NCBI GenBank assembly: GCA_009103225.1
Contig: RHPI01002503.1
Location: 687,585-751,584, forward strand
Direction: 5' to 3'
Source: Chlorokybus atmophyticus
Lineage: Eukaryota; Plantae; Mesostigma and Chlorokybus algae
Length of the DNA: 64,000 nt
The position numbers and the translations under genes are program-made. Below the pieces are notes generated by a model, which was given only the letters and a program-made list of their open reading frames with translations, did no database searches and was not told where the DNA came from. Shown in pieces: positions 23,531 through 41,963 of the stretch; the stretch's first letter is position 1; each line of letters begins with the position of its first letter.

Positions 23531-26500
23531 GTGGTGAGTTTGTTCTTAAAGGCATGTGTTGGGGCTTTGATGAAAGCCGAGAACTTTGTCGTATAACCCA
23601 CCATATGAAATTGAGAGGTGATGGTAGTAGACATGTCGCTTATAAGCATGCTGCAGCTAGCAACCTTCGCTCTATGTTTCTCTTCCAGAGTCATGTACAC
23701 TTGATACAAGATAAATGTTGGTTATTCCAGTGTGGGAAGCTACTCATGGCAGCTGTTTGTCTTCTGTTTAAAGGACAGTGTGGCATGATGTGTCAATCGC
23801 AGCTGCCCAATGAAGCAATGACACCTATCTTGTTGGTTGCGGCCAAATGCACAGCAACAGACAAGCCCTGCCTTGTTTTTGATGTGTGTAGATGAGGGAG
23901 AGCAATGCAGGCTAACCCAAAGCAACAGTGCAGCCCAGGTTGTTGCAACCGTCTCCCTGACTTGCATGTGCGTATACACAGCGCTGCACCCTGTGTACAC
24001 CTGAGAGTGTGTGCACGCTTCGTTTGCTTTTTTTGGTGCTATTGTTTGACAGAGCATGCGCAGGACACATATGGTTACATGCGTGCACATGCGCGTGCAT
24101 GAGTGAGTGCATGCGTGCGTGCGCGTCTGCGTCCCTGTGTACAGAGTATTGGGTGCAGCCAGTGTCAACCAGGAGATGCTCAGGCTGGTTGCTTCATGAT
24201 GCAGTGCGCACATGTGCCTGCGTGTGCGTGGAGGGAAAGTGGGGTGGTGGGGAGGATGTTTATGAGGCGCGCCCACACACGTGCGTGCATATGCGCGCGC
24301 ACACAGTACAGCGGGTGGACAATGTTCGATGTGTCCAATATGTTGCTTGCGAATGTGTATAGCAATAGCCAACGGCTGATTGCTTATGTCAATGCGGCAC
24401 ATGCAGAAATCAGAAGTTGTGTGATTATACCTATATCACACTATACCTTCACCATTGGAAGGCCTACAACACCACCACTTTGTCTCCTCTTCAGCCCGCC
24501 ACACACTCTCGCTTGAACCCTGCCATTCCTGCTGCAACTGGCCAAATGGCCACATTGAACGCCACATCTCCCGATGCCTGTGACTACGTCTTCTTCACTT
24601 CCACACGTCTGCTACTACTTCAAAGCACTCTCGTTCAGATCGAAGCTCTTTCTGGTCCTGTCCGTCACTTCAGGTGTGTGACACACAGGCACATGAGCGC
24701 GCGCGCACGCACTGCGCAGGTACACACCGTGATCCACGCACGCGCCCGGCGCGGCGCATCATGCAGTGCATGCACGCAAGCATGTGCGTGTGTACATGCT
24801 CGTGCACACATGCGCGCACCCACCGGTGCTGCATACACGCACGTACACACAAGTGCACACGAGTACGCGCACGCACGCAGACCTGCATGCACACGTGCAT
24901 ATGCACAGCCATGCGCACGCGCACACGCGTACACGCACTCTGTCTCTGCCATCGGGGATGGCATAAGCCCACTGCTTGCATTGAAGCGTCATGGGCAACC
25001 CACACCACAAAGGTTGTTGCACTGGCGTGAGAACCCACAGAAGGGCCTCTGATACCTTCCTGGCTGGGAGGAAGGACACCAGCGGCAAGCCCATCGAGTG
25101 GTAATGGTAGTAGCGATGGTGGCGCCAGTAGTTGTAGTATTGGCATAGAACAGGTACTGATATCGCTGCTAGTAGCAGCGGCATTATGGTGACTGCAGGA
25201 AACATGTAGCAGCTGCGGCGGTTATCGTTACCGGTAGCTAGTACTGGTGGTCTCTCTCTCTCTCTCTCTCTCAAAAGGCAGCAACGCCTTAGTGTCCATA
25301 CCTACAGCAATCACACAATGCAGTGGCCGACGTTTCTGGGTTTCTGGCTGGCTGCCTGCCTCACACGGTTGTGTTGAATCCGCACCCGTGTGAGGCAGCC
25401 AGGCTTGCACAGGCGTGACAACGGCTATGTCACACAGGGCGCTGCATGAGTTGCGCACTGACACTGCCAGTCTCTATTCCGTTGGTCGCTCCATGTGGAA
25501 CTGGAAGCGTGTGAGTGCTTGCAGGTTGAGACGTGTGTGCAACAACAGGTCATGCTGAGATCAGACAGAACCGACGCCCCTTGTTGCCACCGAGCGGACT
25601 GCGTTGTACCTGGATCGACATGCTGTACCCTGGGCTACTAGCATGCTGTGATGGCACATGCTTGATTGGTAGTACAACCCACATTGCTGCGTCCATGTGT
25701 CGGAGTATTGTTAGCAGCGGCTGCATGACGTACAATGAGCAACCTGGTTGGCACTCGTTGATACAAGCAACGAGCACAAAGCAGGCACAAAAGTAACGTC
25801 AAGCTGGACAACCAGTGGGCATCACCATCCATCCAGGCGTTCTGTTGTGCTGGACTTGTGGACTTCCAAGGTGTTGAGGTGCCTGTCATGACGCGAGTGA
25901 TATGCAAGCGACTCATCTGTGCTGAGGAGGCTGCTCTGAATTCCAGCTGGAGGCAGCAACACTGCCTGCGTTGGTCAGCTGCAGCTACTGCAACTAAGTG
26001 AGTTGTTGTCGCAGTTCCTAGCTCTTGCCGGTGTGCATACATGCCTATAATCCTCAACTTTGTGACTACATTAGGTGACAGCTGATGCCTTGCTCCACAT
26101 CCGCATTGCACATAGAAGCATAGTGTAGCATAGGTGAAGGCCCGGGAATGATTGGTGGTGGTGCCGCTTGCCTATGCTTCCCTAACTTGCAGCACGTGTC
26201 GGTGCACAAATGACTACACATCCACTGGACAGGTATTGACAGCAGTAGCAGCAGCCTTCATAAGATCATACATGATTAACACGTTGCTACTAGGTTGTAC
26301 GCACAACATACGTGCGGACACACCCACACACCCAAATGCGCACACATGGAGCGAACGCGACACAACACAGGCCAACTGCAGTAAAGCTGTGTAGCCATAC
26401 ACACGACAATGCAAATCCAGCTACAAATACAGAAATGGTTTGCGAGTATTACAATGAGAATAAGCTGTATCCCCATGCAAATTATGTACACTGCGACATG

Positions 26501-26582
26501 CTTTACAAACTCTAGCCCTCCACAGCAACTACCTAAGCAGCTGTATTGCAATAACACTATCACTAACATGGAGGTTTGGCTG

Positions 26583-28636
26583 TCACCGCTCCAGAGCACG
26601 CTTGAGCTCCCTTTCATTCCGACAACCCCAGCCAACCAAATACGCAGTGGCTGCAAATGCACAGAAGTGAGCTCAAATGCAAAGCATGTGCTGCTTAACA
26701 CAACAGCGTGGAACACAAGCTGTGTACGTGTTACCCACCTAGCCGACCTCCGACATTGTATGACTCAAAGTCGTCTGCGTCTGCACCTTCGTTCTGATCA
26801 GCTTGAGGTTGGCCCTGCGACAATGCCATGTGTCAGCTGAGTTGTATGTTGTATGCGACATTAGACACAACTTTGTGTCATATCGCTCTAGTATCAACAT
26901 CCATCAGCCAAGCACTGCTCGTACACTACAATCTGCGATAAGCAGATCACATTTTTTCAACATGACGGCCACCTGTGCATGATATAGCTTCTTGGCTTCC
27001 AACAGCATGCATATTGTTGGTAGCCGGAATGAGCACTAACACGAAACAAATCGTAAATGTAAAGGCTTACCGCTTCCTCCTCTTCCGTCAGCCACCTATC
27101 AAAACAGCGCCCAGATATCGAGCACACAAGCAGCCCGTTGCTCGAGTCAACCACGCGCTCGCGGCAAGTGTCATCGCACACTGCAGACGTACAGGAGAGT
27201 CATATGGCGGCACACTCAACTAACAACAAGTGCAAATACACAACTCCCACCCAGAGACAAGCATGAATGCATGCTCACCATGAGCGCGGCCAGTCCGTTC
27301 GCACAGAAACACATCGCCGATCTGGTGATATGAGCAGCTGCTGCCGGAGCAAATGTGATCAATTGCTGCCAACTGCTGCCTGGTGCCGTCCAGGCCGTTG
27401 CGCCGCCGCCAGACAGTAATCTGGTCAGCTATGCTCGTATCTAGCATGACAGTGTCATCCGCCTGCACCTGCCAGAAGAGGTAGTAAAGCAATTAGACTG
27501 AACATGTTGCCCATCTCACTAACAGGACTGGAGCATACCTGCTTAAATGCTGGAGCTTGCGCGCGCTTTGCAGCTTGCATCTGCTGGAAGAATTGGCGTA
27601 TGTCGGGTGACACATCGTACACTGCATGCGCCATCTCAGCGGCATCTTTCTGCACGATCAGACACTAGTTAGTCTGCTGTACAAAGGAGCTGTAGAGAGA
27701 AAACCTCGTGTTGCAATTGCTTGCAGAGCAGACTACTGTTATGTACAACGCAAAGCAGGTACAAAGCCTGCACAAGCTGAAACTGGAATCGCGTTGAATG
27801 CATCACAAAGCACACGGCAAACAGCATACAAGGTGCTACTTGCGGGCCAACTTACATCAAAGTACAATTGCTTCCATGACAATGGGACGCGGCTCGGACT
27901 ACTTCTCTGAGCTGCAGCCATGCTCGGCACGCCCCATCGCTGGCAAAATCTGCATGCAACAACCAGCAATGCACAGGATAATTAGCACACCCATGATTGT
28001 CACTAACAAACCAACCCACATAATGCGGTAAACAGCACGTACAGTTTGCGCCACAGCGCCTGGTCTTCAGCCAGCTGGCGCAGCAGCCGGCACGAGCGCG
28101 CAATGGTAGCCAAATCCTGTGTCCACAGACAGGCGTGTGCGAGCTGTATTGTAATGCTAAGCTTAGCTGTGATGTTTGCGCATGATTTCACAACTGCTGA
28201 AAGAGTGAGCTGGACACAATTGCTGGCTTGCCTGCGGGCCGACAAAGCAAAGCACTCTGGAAATAAGCTCAGGAGGCAGCGCAGACAGGTCCCCAGCGAC
28301 ATGCTCAGCTCTATCCTCCTGCACCTCCAGACCAACCATACCAGGGTTTCTATGCTCGCAGCCCTCATGCTGCCTCCTGCGCTTTCTGGTCCTGCTAGGC
28401 TGCTCGTAGTGTTGGTGATGATGTTGATGGTGGCTTGTCAACACGCTTGACGTGCTGCTCAAGGTGTCGCAGACGGCGATGTCCCTAACGACAGCGGCGG
28501 TGTGGTGAATACGCGCTTCGTGCTCCGCCACGACCTCGGCGACGGCATCGTCGTCGTCCATGAACGCTGCATCCAGCTCGTCAGCCAGCAGGCTCTCCTC
28601 CTGCTCCTCCTGTTCATCCACATAGCTGGCCCCCAT
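26583..28636 (-). CDS. SKIP31: F-box protein, SKIP31-like
   Basis: F-box LSALPPELISRVLCFVGPQ|DLATIARSCRLLRQLAEDQALWRKLY, then WKQLYF, HICSGSSCSYHQIGDVFLCERTGRAH|CDDTCRERVVD..LLVCSISGRCFDRWL, and last exon AYLVGWGCRNERELKRALER*. Collinear with plant SKIP31 as recalled. Confidence 0.88.
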
Positions 28637-29337
28637 GATGTCTGCTAGCTACGCCGCTGACCCCAAGGTAATTCAGCCACGACGACGTCGGCGAGGAGGA
28701 CGAGAACTAGAACTGCCTCCCTAGCTCAACTGCAAGGCTATCACAACCACCTCGACAACGACGACGGTAAGGAGGCAGTCTAGGAGAACTAAACTAGTAC
28801 TACTACTTCACTGGCTCAGCTGCCCCAGAGCACCTGTGAGGACGCCGAGCGAGCACTCAACACACCCCTCCCCTGCGCAAATGCCCGCGTGGATCCAAGA
28901 TTCAATCTCTGTCTCCAGAGATCCTCATCATGCGAATATCAATCGCCGCGGGGACGAACAACGCCGACGACGACACCAACGGCGCCGCCGAGCCCAACAC
29001 CGGAAGTTAACGGGCCAACAACAACGGAAGTAGTCGTAAATATCTAAAGGTAAGTGTCCGGCACAGCGACAGGTCTGTGCATCTTCGCTTTTGCCCATCG
29101 GGAAGCTCGGACATAGCTTCCGATCGGAAAAGCGGAAGTTCCAAACTGGCCTGCAATGCACTCTGTTCTTGCCGCCGATAAGGACGACGAGCAGGCGGCG
29201 GTGGCTTTGGTGTGTGGAAAGCAAGCTGCTTCTTACCTTGTGACTACTGCGAGTGCTTTTGGGTGGCGGTAGAGGGTAGCGCACTACGCGCATTGCGCCT
29301 GCACAAGCACACAGTAGCAGCAATAGTTGCATACGCC

Positions 29338-33218
<3,881 letters not shown>

Positions 33219-33681
33219 TTGTTATGCCAACCTGTGCCCGTTGTCGTTCTCTCCCTTATGGATGCGTTGCATGATGCAGTGGGTGCCAAAGTGCCTGTGC
33301 ATGCCATGTCATGTTGATGCAGTCATTACTCTGCGCCGTCGGACGCTATGTGATTATGCCTGTCATTGCGAAATAACACAACAGGTACAAGCACATGCCC
33401 AGTGAGTTGCATCCGTCATTCCGTGTGGCTCATTATCACAGAGACTCTAGATATTGGCAAAGAGTTTCGTGGGTTCCAGTCCATACCTTTGATAACTGGA
33501 GTGCTGTTTTTACAAAGCAGACTTTCCTATGCGTGAGTATGTGCGTACAGTTTCTCCCTAAGGCAAAGCGTGAACGCAGCACACTCAACGACATCAGCAC
33601 TCGCACGCACACAAAAGCAACGTTTCCAAGCACAACTTGACTACTCATTCACTACAGCCGCAACAGACAAAACATTACTCC

Positions 33682-35775
33682 TTATCCAACAACAGCCGCT
33701 GCGACAGCAGCAGTCTTGGCCGGTAGGCTTGCCTTCACCTCCCCTCCTACTCCTCCACCTCGCCCGCCCCCGCCGCTGTTGGTCTTGACGATCTCCACGA
33801 GGTCACCCATGAAGTCGCCGATCACTGTGAGCTGGTCCACCGTGTTCTGGTGGTCAGGATGCGACACCTGGAGAACAACAAGTTGGTGAGTGGGTGGGAG
33901 TGATGTTCGGGTGGGAGGGTGAGAGGGTGGGAGGGTGGGAGCTGACCTTGCTTCTCTGCTTGCAGCGGGCGAAGAGGTTCTCTGTTGCCATGCAGATGCA
34001 ACCGAGCTCGCGGGTCTTGGATGAGGCGGCACCGAGCGCGGCATCTCTCCTCGCCTGTGAAAGAGGAGTGGAAAATGATTCAGCAGCCAGCATGTCTGGA
34101 ATGCATGGCAGGTGGTTGAAACTTGGCGTGCCTGTGCGCCGGCAGCTTCTCGTTCCCGGTGCTCCAGCTCCTTCTTCAGCCTTGACACGGTGTTGTTGAG
34201 GCTGAGGATCTCATCCATCTTCACCTTGGAGTAGGCCTGTGCACAATAACAACAGCAGCATACCTAGTCAGATACCACCCACACCCACACCCACACCCAC
34301 CCACTTCCACACCCACACCTGCATCTCAGCGCGTAGCTCCTCGCACATGGCGGAGCACTCCGCCGCGCGTGCGGTGAGGTCCCCGTTGGCAGCCTCAAGC
34401 GTGGCGTGGCGCAGCAGGAGGTCGTTGATCTCGTGGTACTCATCTGCCGCCTCAAGCACAGACTCCAGAAACTGCACCAGTGAGCAAGTGAGTGAGCGAG
34501 TGAGTGAGAGACTGAGTGAATGATTCAGTGACTGAGTGAATAAGTAAGCGAGTGATTGATTGTAATGTCTCAAGACAAAAGAGTCTCATATAATATCAAT
34601 CACCTTCTGGTAGCGCATGTTTTGTTCGACGATGTTGCTGGTAGCCAGTCGCTCCCCCTTGAGGTCCTCCAGCTGCGCCTCCAGACGCTCGATCTCGGAC
34701 TCCTTTTGGAGACGCACCTTCACCTCGTCCTGGGCCTTCTTCTCCGCACGCGTGCGCTTGGAATCGTTCTCCTACAAGACAACCACACACACAGTAGTGA
34801 GCGTTGAGTGTACGTGTGCAGGTTTCTGTGCGTCCTTGTGCTTGCGCGCCTGCGCGCGTGCGTGTGTGTGTATGCGTGTACGTGTGTGCGCGCGCGCGCG
34901 CGTGCGAGTGGTGTGAGTAAGGCAGTGCAATCAATACACAGTAGCGTCGGTCATCCCACCCACTTGCAGAAACTTCGAGAATCGTATGAGCGATTCCTGC
35001 AGCTCCAGGTCCTTCTTCTTGAGCCCTTCCTCGCGTCGTCGGAACACCTCCTCCTTGCGCGAGAAGTCCTCCTTCTGGGAGTCCAGCGCCGCCTGCACCT
35101 CGAACATCTGACGACGCTTCTCGAGGAGACGGGTGGCGGGGGTCACTTGCTCCAGCACCAGGGTGTGGTGGGGCCTGGGGACACAAGACACATACACACA
35201 CACACAATAGTGGGTTGCGTGAGGTGGTAAAGTTTGTAGTTGTTGTGTCACATGAGAGATGCTTTACTGTGTGTTGTATTGTCACAACTAATCGCGTTGC
35301 TACTAGTAGTTGTGGAAAGGCTTGGAAAGTTGTGCGGCTGGACAGAGGAATGCAGTTGAAAGAGCGTGCTACAACGGTTGATGGAGACTGTGAGTACAGG
35401 ATAAAACATTATTGAAATTGAGCTGGGTACTGATCTCAATCCTGGCATTGCCTGGGTTTCCCAGCGCACGCACGTACTCACGCTGGTTACACTATGTCAA
35501 TCTGTTCCTTGGTGTGCTCGACCCAGCAGTCTCAGGGTTGTCTTTTGGGCACAGACATGTGAACAAAGCCCATGCTAGAGGTACTCTTCACCCCTTGGCA
35601 TGTGTGCGTGCGCAGAATTGTGTAGAGTAGATTATCACTCTGTTACAGAGATCATTACAAATCCAACACCTTCCAGGCTTGTTCGTAAAACAATCATGGA
35701 AATCACAACACTGCATCCACACAGTTCAACTCACTTGCGCGGAGGCGCAGGAGTGGCGGAGTCCACCGCCGCCAT
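33682..35775 (-). CDS. CFAP73: Cilia- and flagella-associated protein 73 / CCDC42 family (DUF4200 coiled coil)
   Basis: TLVLEQVTPATRLLEKRRQMFEVQAALDSQKEDFSRKEEVFRRREEGLKKKDLELQESLIRFSKFLQ|ENDSKR.., FLESVLEAADEYHEINDLLLRHATL, DEILSLNN, QLTVIGDFMGDL, collinear with Chlamydomonas FAP73 as recalled. Start exon (35775) is less certain. Confidence 0.9.
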
Positions 35776-35992
35776 GGTGGTAACTTTGATCTGACAATGT
35801 TTCGGGTTTGCAGCAGCAGCAATATTAGGCGTACTCCAAGTCGGTTCTCACCGCCGCCGCCGATGCTGCCGCCCCTAAGCGCCACGTGTCACCCTCTGTC
35901 GCTGAGCACTAGTCACGTGACATTGGGGTGTAGCGCACAAGGCTTGTGCGCCACGGCACAGCTTGTGCGAGTCAGAACTTCTCAGTCCAAAC

Positions 35993-36010
35993 AACCCTAA
36001 AACCCTAAAA
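35993..36010. promoter_or_regulatory. Telo-box-like motif (AACCCTAAAACCCTAAAA) in the divergent intergenic region
   Basis: Two CCCTAAAA units between the divergent CFAP73 and NT-C2 genes. Function is inferred. Confidence 0.3.
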
Positions 36011-36951
36011 GTTTCAGGCTAAAAACCAACACAAACAAAAAAAGCAACAAGTGGACAAAGTGGTCGACGGATCTGCTACTGGCTTTGCCACCTGGCAGTG
36101 CTTGTGGAGGTGGAGGTGGCGGCGGTGTCGGTGTCGGTGTCGGTTGTGGTTGCTGGGGTGGTTGTTGTAGCAGTTAGCAATTCTTGTACATTTGAACGTG
36201 CTTGACTTGAGGTCGTTTGCGGTACTTGCTGGCTGCGCACGCCTGCTGCAAGCTGCTGCTTTGGGCTGCGTGAAAAGCTGTGCTTCAAAAAGCTGGCAGA
36301 GCTTCTAGCTTCGCTTGCTGCGAGCATTGCTATTGTTGAAGCCTGGGACCTCTGAGGAGCTGTAAAAACAGAAGCAGTCGAGCGTAACGAGGGCACATGC
36401 GTTGAGGTAGGCTTACCCGAAGCTGTCAACAACACTGATGGTGATTTTGACTGCATAAGCTCCGTTGTAGAGTTGACGCACCAGCCTACACCGCCCAAGA
36501 GCATTGCGCTAGCTGTTACCGACACAAAGTTTGTTTCACGCATGAGTAGCAAGCACCGTTCTGTCACCACACCCGATGAAGCATTTTCCGTTTTCGGCTC
36601 GTGAGTGCGGTTGCAACCTTACGCATTTGGCTCTGCTTGCGAAAGCTGTGTCCAAAGCATACACACACACAACGCGGTGAACCCAAGATCTTCTGCCTTT
36701 GGTACTGGATGCAGCTGTTTCACACACTTGTTCCGCGTTGGAAAGCATGCAGCTTTTGGGAACAACTACGGCTTTGCATGCATTCTCCTCGTACCGCAGT
36801 CGAGCATGCCGTGTTGAACAGGCAGGCTGCCCTGCTTCAATCTCACTTGCAGTGTCCATGCGTGACAGAAGGTCGCCACCTGGAGCTTGGCACTTAGGCA
36901 TAGTTGCAGGATGTGAGCGCGTGAGCTGAAGCAGGCACTTAAACAGCAAAC

Positions 36952-39900
36952 ATGTTTAAGAGCGCGAAGCGTTCTCTTGCTGGCAAAAAGGGCCTGAAGT
37001 TCCAGTTTGACGTCGTCATCACCCGCGCGTACTCCGTGATCCCAGGCACAACAGCTCTGCAGGTGAAGCTCATTGCTCTTTCAGCAATTGATCCAAAGGA
37101 TAGGCCATTGTACTTGACTGGTTGAAATCTTGCGTTTGCATGCAGGTTGTGTGGAAGAGAGGGCCCAAAGTTGCTTCAACAAGGTCAGTTGATTGCAAGA
37201 AACATATGAGTTGCAGTAAAAGATGCCCGCTCAAGGCCACCGTGCATGTAGGCACGAATAATGAGTGCCGCTAATGCAGAGTTGCGCCAGTCAACAATGG
37301 CGAGGCGATCTGGAAAGAGACCCTTTCCATGCTCGTGACGCTGTACAGGGACACGCGCACAGGAAGGTTCGATGAAAAATCGTGCACCTTCAGTGTCCGG
37401 GAGGTAAGGGTGCATGTGTTTCGGGTGATGATGAGCTGGGCGATCATGGTTACCAGAGTGTGTTATGTGTTATGTTTTTCGTGTTACTGTTGTCAATGTA
37501 TAGTTTGACTGCAGATTTCCAAAAAGAAGGACAAGGGGTATGGTGAAGTGCAGCTTGATCTGGCCCAGGTGGCGATCAGCAACGAGTCAAGCCCGCCATC
37601 CGCAAAGCGACTGCCCTTGAGATCTGGGTCCAAGAACCTGCCCACGCATATCGAGGTGGGTACAGTAGCAACCATCATTGTTGGATGATGGTTGAGTTTG
37701 TAGCAAAGCGCGATGTGTGTTGTGGGGTCTTCAGTTGCTTTATCATTGCAATCATGGCAGGTCGAGATCCGATCACGATGGCTGGAGAATGCCAAATCCG
37801 GCGGCAGGTACGTGACTGATGAGCATCGAGTGTCACACACGGGAATTATTGCAAAAGGCACTAACACCAACATCACGTGCGCGTTGCAGGGACTCAGACA
37901 GCGACATCAGCGAGATGATGAGTGAGGCCAGCTTTGGTGATGACACAGAGGACACATCGTCATCAAAACCGAGCCCCGCGCAGTCTTTCACGTCTCAGCG
38001 CAACATCAGCTCGCAGGGTCGCCAGCTCAGCGGCATCCATGAGGGAGCCACTGAGGACCCGGAGGAGATTATGCTGTCGGACTCGAGCGATGAAGCGTTG
38101 AGACAAGCTGCTGCGGGCGTTGAGGAGAGCGCCGGGCCTTCAGGGTACAGCTCGACGAAAAGCTCTGTGAGAAGCACACCTGAACCGCGTTTCAACAACC
38201 CATCAGATACAGCCACGTCTGTTGCCGATCCAACCACAGCTGTTGCTGTACCCGTGCTGAACATTGCCCCCTCTCAACGCTCCCTCGGACAGCCTTCTCC
38301 CAGCACCCCAAGCATGAGTACGCTCGCAGCGCAGCCGGTAAAAACAGAGAGCCCCGTGTATGCCCCATGGGACCGCACTGGAAGGTAATAGCCAGTGTTG
38401 ATAGTTGTTGATTTAGATCATGGCTAAATCGTTGTGTGTGTGTGTTGCAGTCGGTTGGATGAGCCTGGCAGCCCTCTTAACGACTACAACAACCCGTTTG
38501 GAGCGCCAGCTGTTAATGCTGAACGCGATGCCCCTGTTAGTGCGTACAACCCAGTTGAAGCCACGCCGTCGACCCGCGAACCAACCAACCCTTTCGAGGA
38601 GGATTCAGAACCCAAAACAGAACCGGCAGCAGCACCTCTTCCCGTGACGCGAACCCCGTTGTTTGCAGCGAAGCCTCCTTTGCCGCCCGCAGCAGAGCCG
38701 TCGAACACCACGCCCTCAATGCGGGCAGCACCAGTAATCACGGCGCAGGCAATGCCAGCAACACCTCCGCTTGCAGAAGAGCATAGAACAATGTCCCTGG
38801 AGAGCTTTTCGAGTGCCAGCTCCCAGCTGGACATGGAGTACGTGCCCCCGCCGTCGGCGAGAAGCTCCAACGACCGCTCCGCCGCGCTGGCAGAGCTGCG
38901 CAAGCGCGTGGCGGATCTACAGGGAGAGCTGTCGATGGCCGCGAGCAAGCTGGATGAAGCCAATGAGCGCGCAGGGGGATTGCAGGCACAGCTCGCTGCT
39001 GCTCAGCAAGTTACAGAAAAGGTGCAAGATTGAATCTGTACAGTTGCAATCTCATTGCAATCACAGGGAGAAGCATACGGACTGTGTGAACTGTGTGAAT
39101 TTTTGTCATTCAGGCTGTGCGCAAAGCGGCTTCGACAGCGGCAGCAGAAGCAGCAAGCATCGAGCGGCAAGGCGCGGCGGATGCCCTGCGAGCGCAGCGC
39201 GAAGGCTATGAAGCCAAGATGCGGCAGGCACAAGCAGAAGCAGACAAGCACCGCATTGACGTGGAGGTAACGCGCTGAGTAGTTGACTCGGGTCCGAGTC
39301 AACTACTCTACATTGTCGTGCTGACTTAAGTCTCACTTCACTGGACTTGCTCAGGAGCTACAGGCGCACTTGAGCGCGGCAGAGGGTGAGGTGGACAGCT
39401 TGCGGGCTGTTGTTGCCGCGCATAGAAGCAAAGAAGAGGAGTCTTTGAGGTCGACAGAGGTTGCCAACGGCTCGGTGAACGGGAGCCGTTCAGTGACTCC
39501 CATCGATGACGAGAAAGAAATTCTTATGGCGCAGATGAGGGAGCAGGTAAGAGTAGGCCCACGTACAAACTTGTGTTCTTGAACTGGAGAACAAGCTCAC
39601 TGTGCTGTTTCTGCTTACCAGCTTGAGACACTGGTACAAGAGAAGTCGGATGCGAAGCGCGAGTTGGTGCGCATGCAACACGAGAACAAGGCGTTGCGGG
39701 AGCGTGTTGCTATGTTAGAGCCCAGTGCCGACCGCTCTGCGCCGACCAACCAAGTCAGCGATGAAGAGTTCAACGCTGTTGTGGAAGAGCTAGAGGATCT
39801 AAGGCAAGCTGGTCCCATGTGTGGTTACGACGAGCCTTGTGGATGAGTTGGTTGTTTTGGTCTTATGAGTGTATTGCAACGCAGGGCACACTGTGAGCAG

Positions 39901-40955
39901 TTGGAGCACCTCCGTACATCCGATGCTATGGAGCAGGAGGGCGCGTTGCGGGAGCTGGCGAACTACAATGAAGTGAAAAGGCAACTGGCATTGAAAACAG
40001 ATCAGTTGGCCAAGACAACTGCGCGATTCAATGAGGAGACTGGTGAGTAGGTGTGGTTGTGTGACTGCGGTGAGGGCCTTGTCCCAGCCACTTAGGCATG
40101 TACCACCTGCGCCTTTGCTCAATTAGTTGTGCTTTGCAGAAACGTTGGGTCTCGAGTTGTACGCTGCACAATCAAAGGTACATTATTGACATTGTGCGGC
40201 CTTTTGGCTTCAATCAACCCTGGTTTTGGTCGTTGCTCTGTTGCTGCTTGAACTGCTCTTACCTGGCCTTTCACCTTGCAGCTGAAACGCTATGAGGCAT
40301 CAGAAGCAAAGCTACAGGAGCAGCTCTCTGCACTCCAAAGGAATGGCAAGCATGAGGCTGATGACAAGACAAGCAGGCACGGAGTTTTGTCCACCTGCTT
40401 GGCTTTATACTCTGTCAAGTAACTTGTAGCTGACGTTTTTCAATGACGTTATTGCACAGCAGCCGACTGCAGGAACTGGAGCAAGAGTTGATACATGCAA
40501 AGATGAGCTCCGCGGTAAGGGTTGTTTGCAGTCGTGATGTAGTGTCAATCGCATCATTTCTAAGGCACAGAGGCAGTTTGGTAGTACTCTGCTGCTTATA
40601 CGCTGATGCTACATTGCTCATCAGAACCACCCGTCATGCGTGCCGATCAACAGTTACAGTTGTTTGGCTAAATGAGGGGTGCACATACCGGCTCAACTGT
40701 TGCCAAACATGTCTCATGTTGTTGGGGTGTTTCTTTCAAAACAGGAGGCGCAGTACCAGCTTGATAGCATGAAGATGGAGATGCAGAAGTCGAGAGCAAA
40801 GAACCTAGCTCTGGCTAAAAAGATGACTGCTTTGGAGGTAATGTGACGATTTTGTTGATCAACTTCGTCCACCTCCGTTCATGCAAGTCGCAATGGTATT
40901 GACACGCATGCATACACAGGTGCAGCTTGTGCAGAAGACAGCTGCTGCCAAATGA
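36952..40955 (+). CDS. NT-C2 (EEIG1/EHBP1 N-terminal C2) domain protein with Ser/Pro-rich middle and long C-terminal coiled coil
   Basis: MFKSAK..KFQFDVVI..|VVWKRGPK..|VAPVNNGEAIWKETLSMLVTLYRDTRTGRFDEKSCTFSVRE|..GYGEVQLDLAQ is the NT-C2 pattern. Later exons are heptad-rich, ending AKNLALAKKMTALE|VQLVQKTAAAK*. Confidence 0.82.
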
Positions 40956-41963
40956 ACAGGAGTAGTGGCTTGTTGAACATTGCAGGAGCTGGTGGTCTGG
41001 TGTAATGTCCAGGCGTACTGTACTGTGCAGCACTTATATTGGACAACCTAGCAGTCTGGCATGCGGGGCCTCATTGGCTCTGGACCCAGAATTGCTTGTG
41101 CGAGTCTGGACATGCGTTGCGAGCCTAGACAATGCCGTGTTGCTGCAGGTGTACAGAACCACATACGCACTTGGCATGTTGCAAGTGCATTGGCTTTATG
41201 CTGCCTGCAAAAGGTGTGTTACTTTCATTGCACACGCGATCACTGGGCGCAGCGGTGCAGCTTTCATTTTGTCTAACTCGCTTCTGTCTACACTCCCGAC
41301 CAGTTAGAACGGACTAAGCCTCAGCCCGTTCAACAAAGTTGTCGCTTACAGAGCCATAAGCTGGGGTAATAACTGTGTGCCAAGTGACGTGTGCTCCACT
41401 ACTAGCATAGGCAATGGCAGTTCAGTAGCACAAGCATATGGTATTCAATCCTTCCATGGAGATAGGCCTCAGCCTCCACCAGTGACCGACACTTTCTGCA
41501 AACTGTGCCATTGTGTGCAAAGTCTCTGAAGCATGCAACGGCTCTCTTGCACATGCGTAACAGAAATGCTACTCATGTCGCCTATCGGTGGCCAAGCATG
41601 CAAAACAGCCGTTTGCATCCAGTAAGCACCCATGCAAGCACTAAAGTATCGCATGCATCAGCGCATTGGACAACAATGAACTTTGCAGCATATACAACAA
41701 AGACAACAATGAATTGTACAGTGTCTCATCACCAGACAGGTGAAGAGGTTTGGGGGTGTAGCTGTTGACACGCGTCTCTCAGCGCAGGAGTGCACTATCC
41801 CAGCATTGCCAGTCAGCAGGTTCGTCGTGGTCTCTACCAACGTGCTGGTGCTCAACAGCTCTAAGGAGAGGAGTTCCCTCACAAGACTGGCAAGGTCTTA
41901 CCATCAAGCAGCAAAACAAACACAACACGACACGACCTTGTGACAAAAACAACTAAAACACCC

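Noticed and set aside
24000-25300. Several overlapping 100-210 aa ORFs rich in C/H/A/R/T, including a WRHHRYYH string suggesting a desaturase His box
   Set aside because: They derive from CA/TGCA low-complexity tracts. No second His box or consistent exon chain was found.
35993-36010. TTTTAGGG-type telomeric repeat
   Set aside because: Only two units, internal and between genes; not a telomere or telomere-targeted element. Kept only as a weak telo-box call.
36076-36570. 164-aa minus-strand ORF
   Set aside because: S/T/A-rich, lies in the presumed 5' region of the NT-C2 gene, no motif or splice support.
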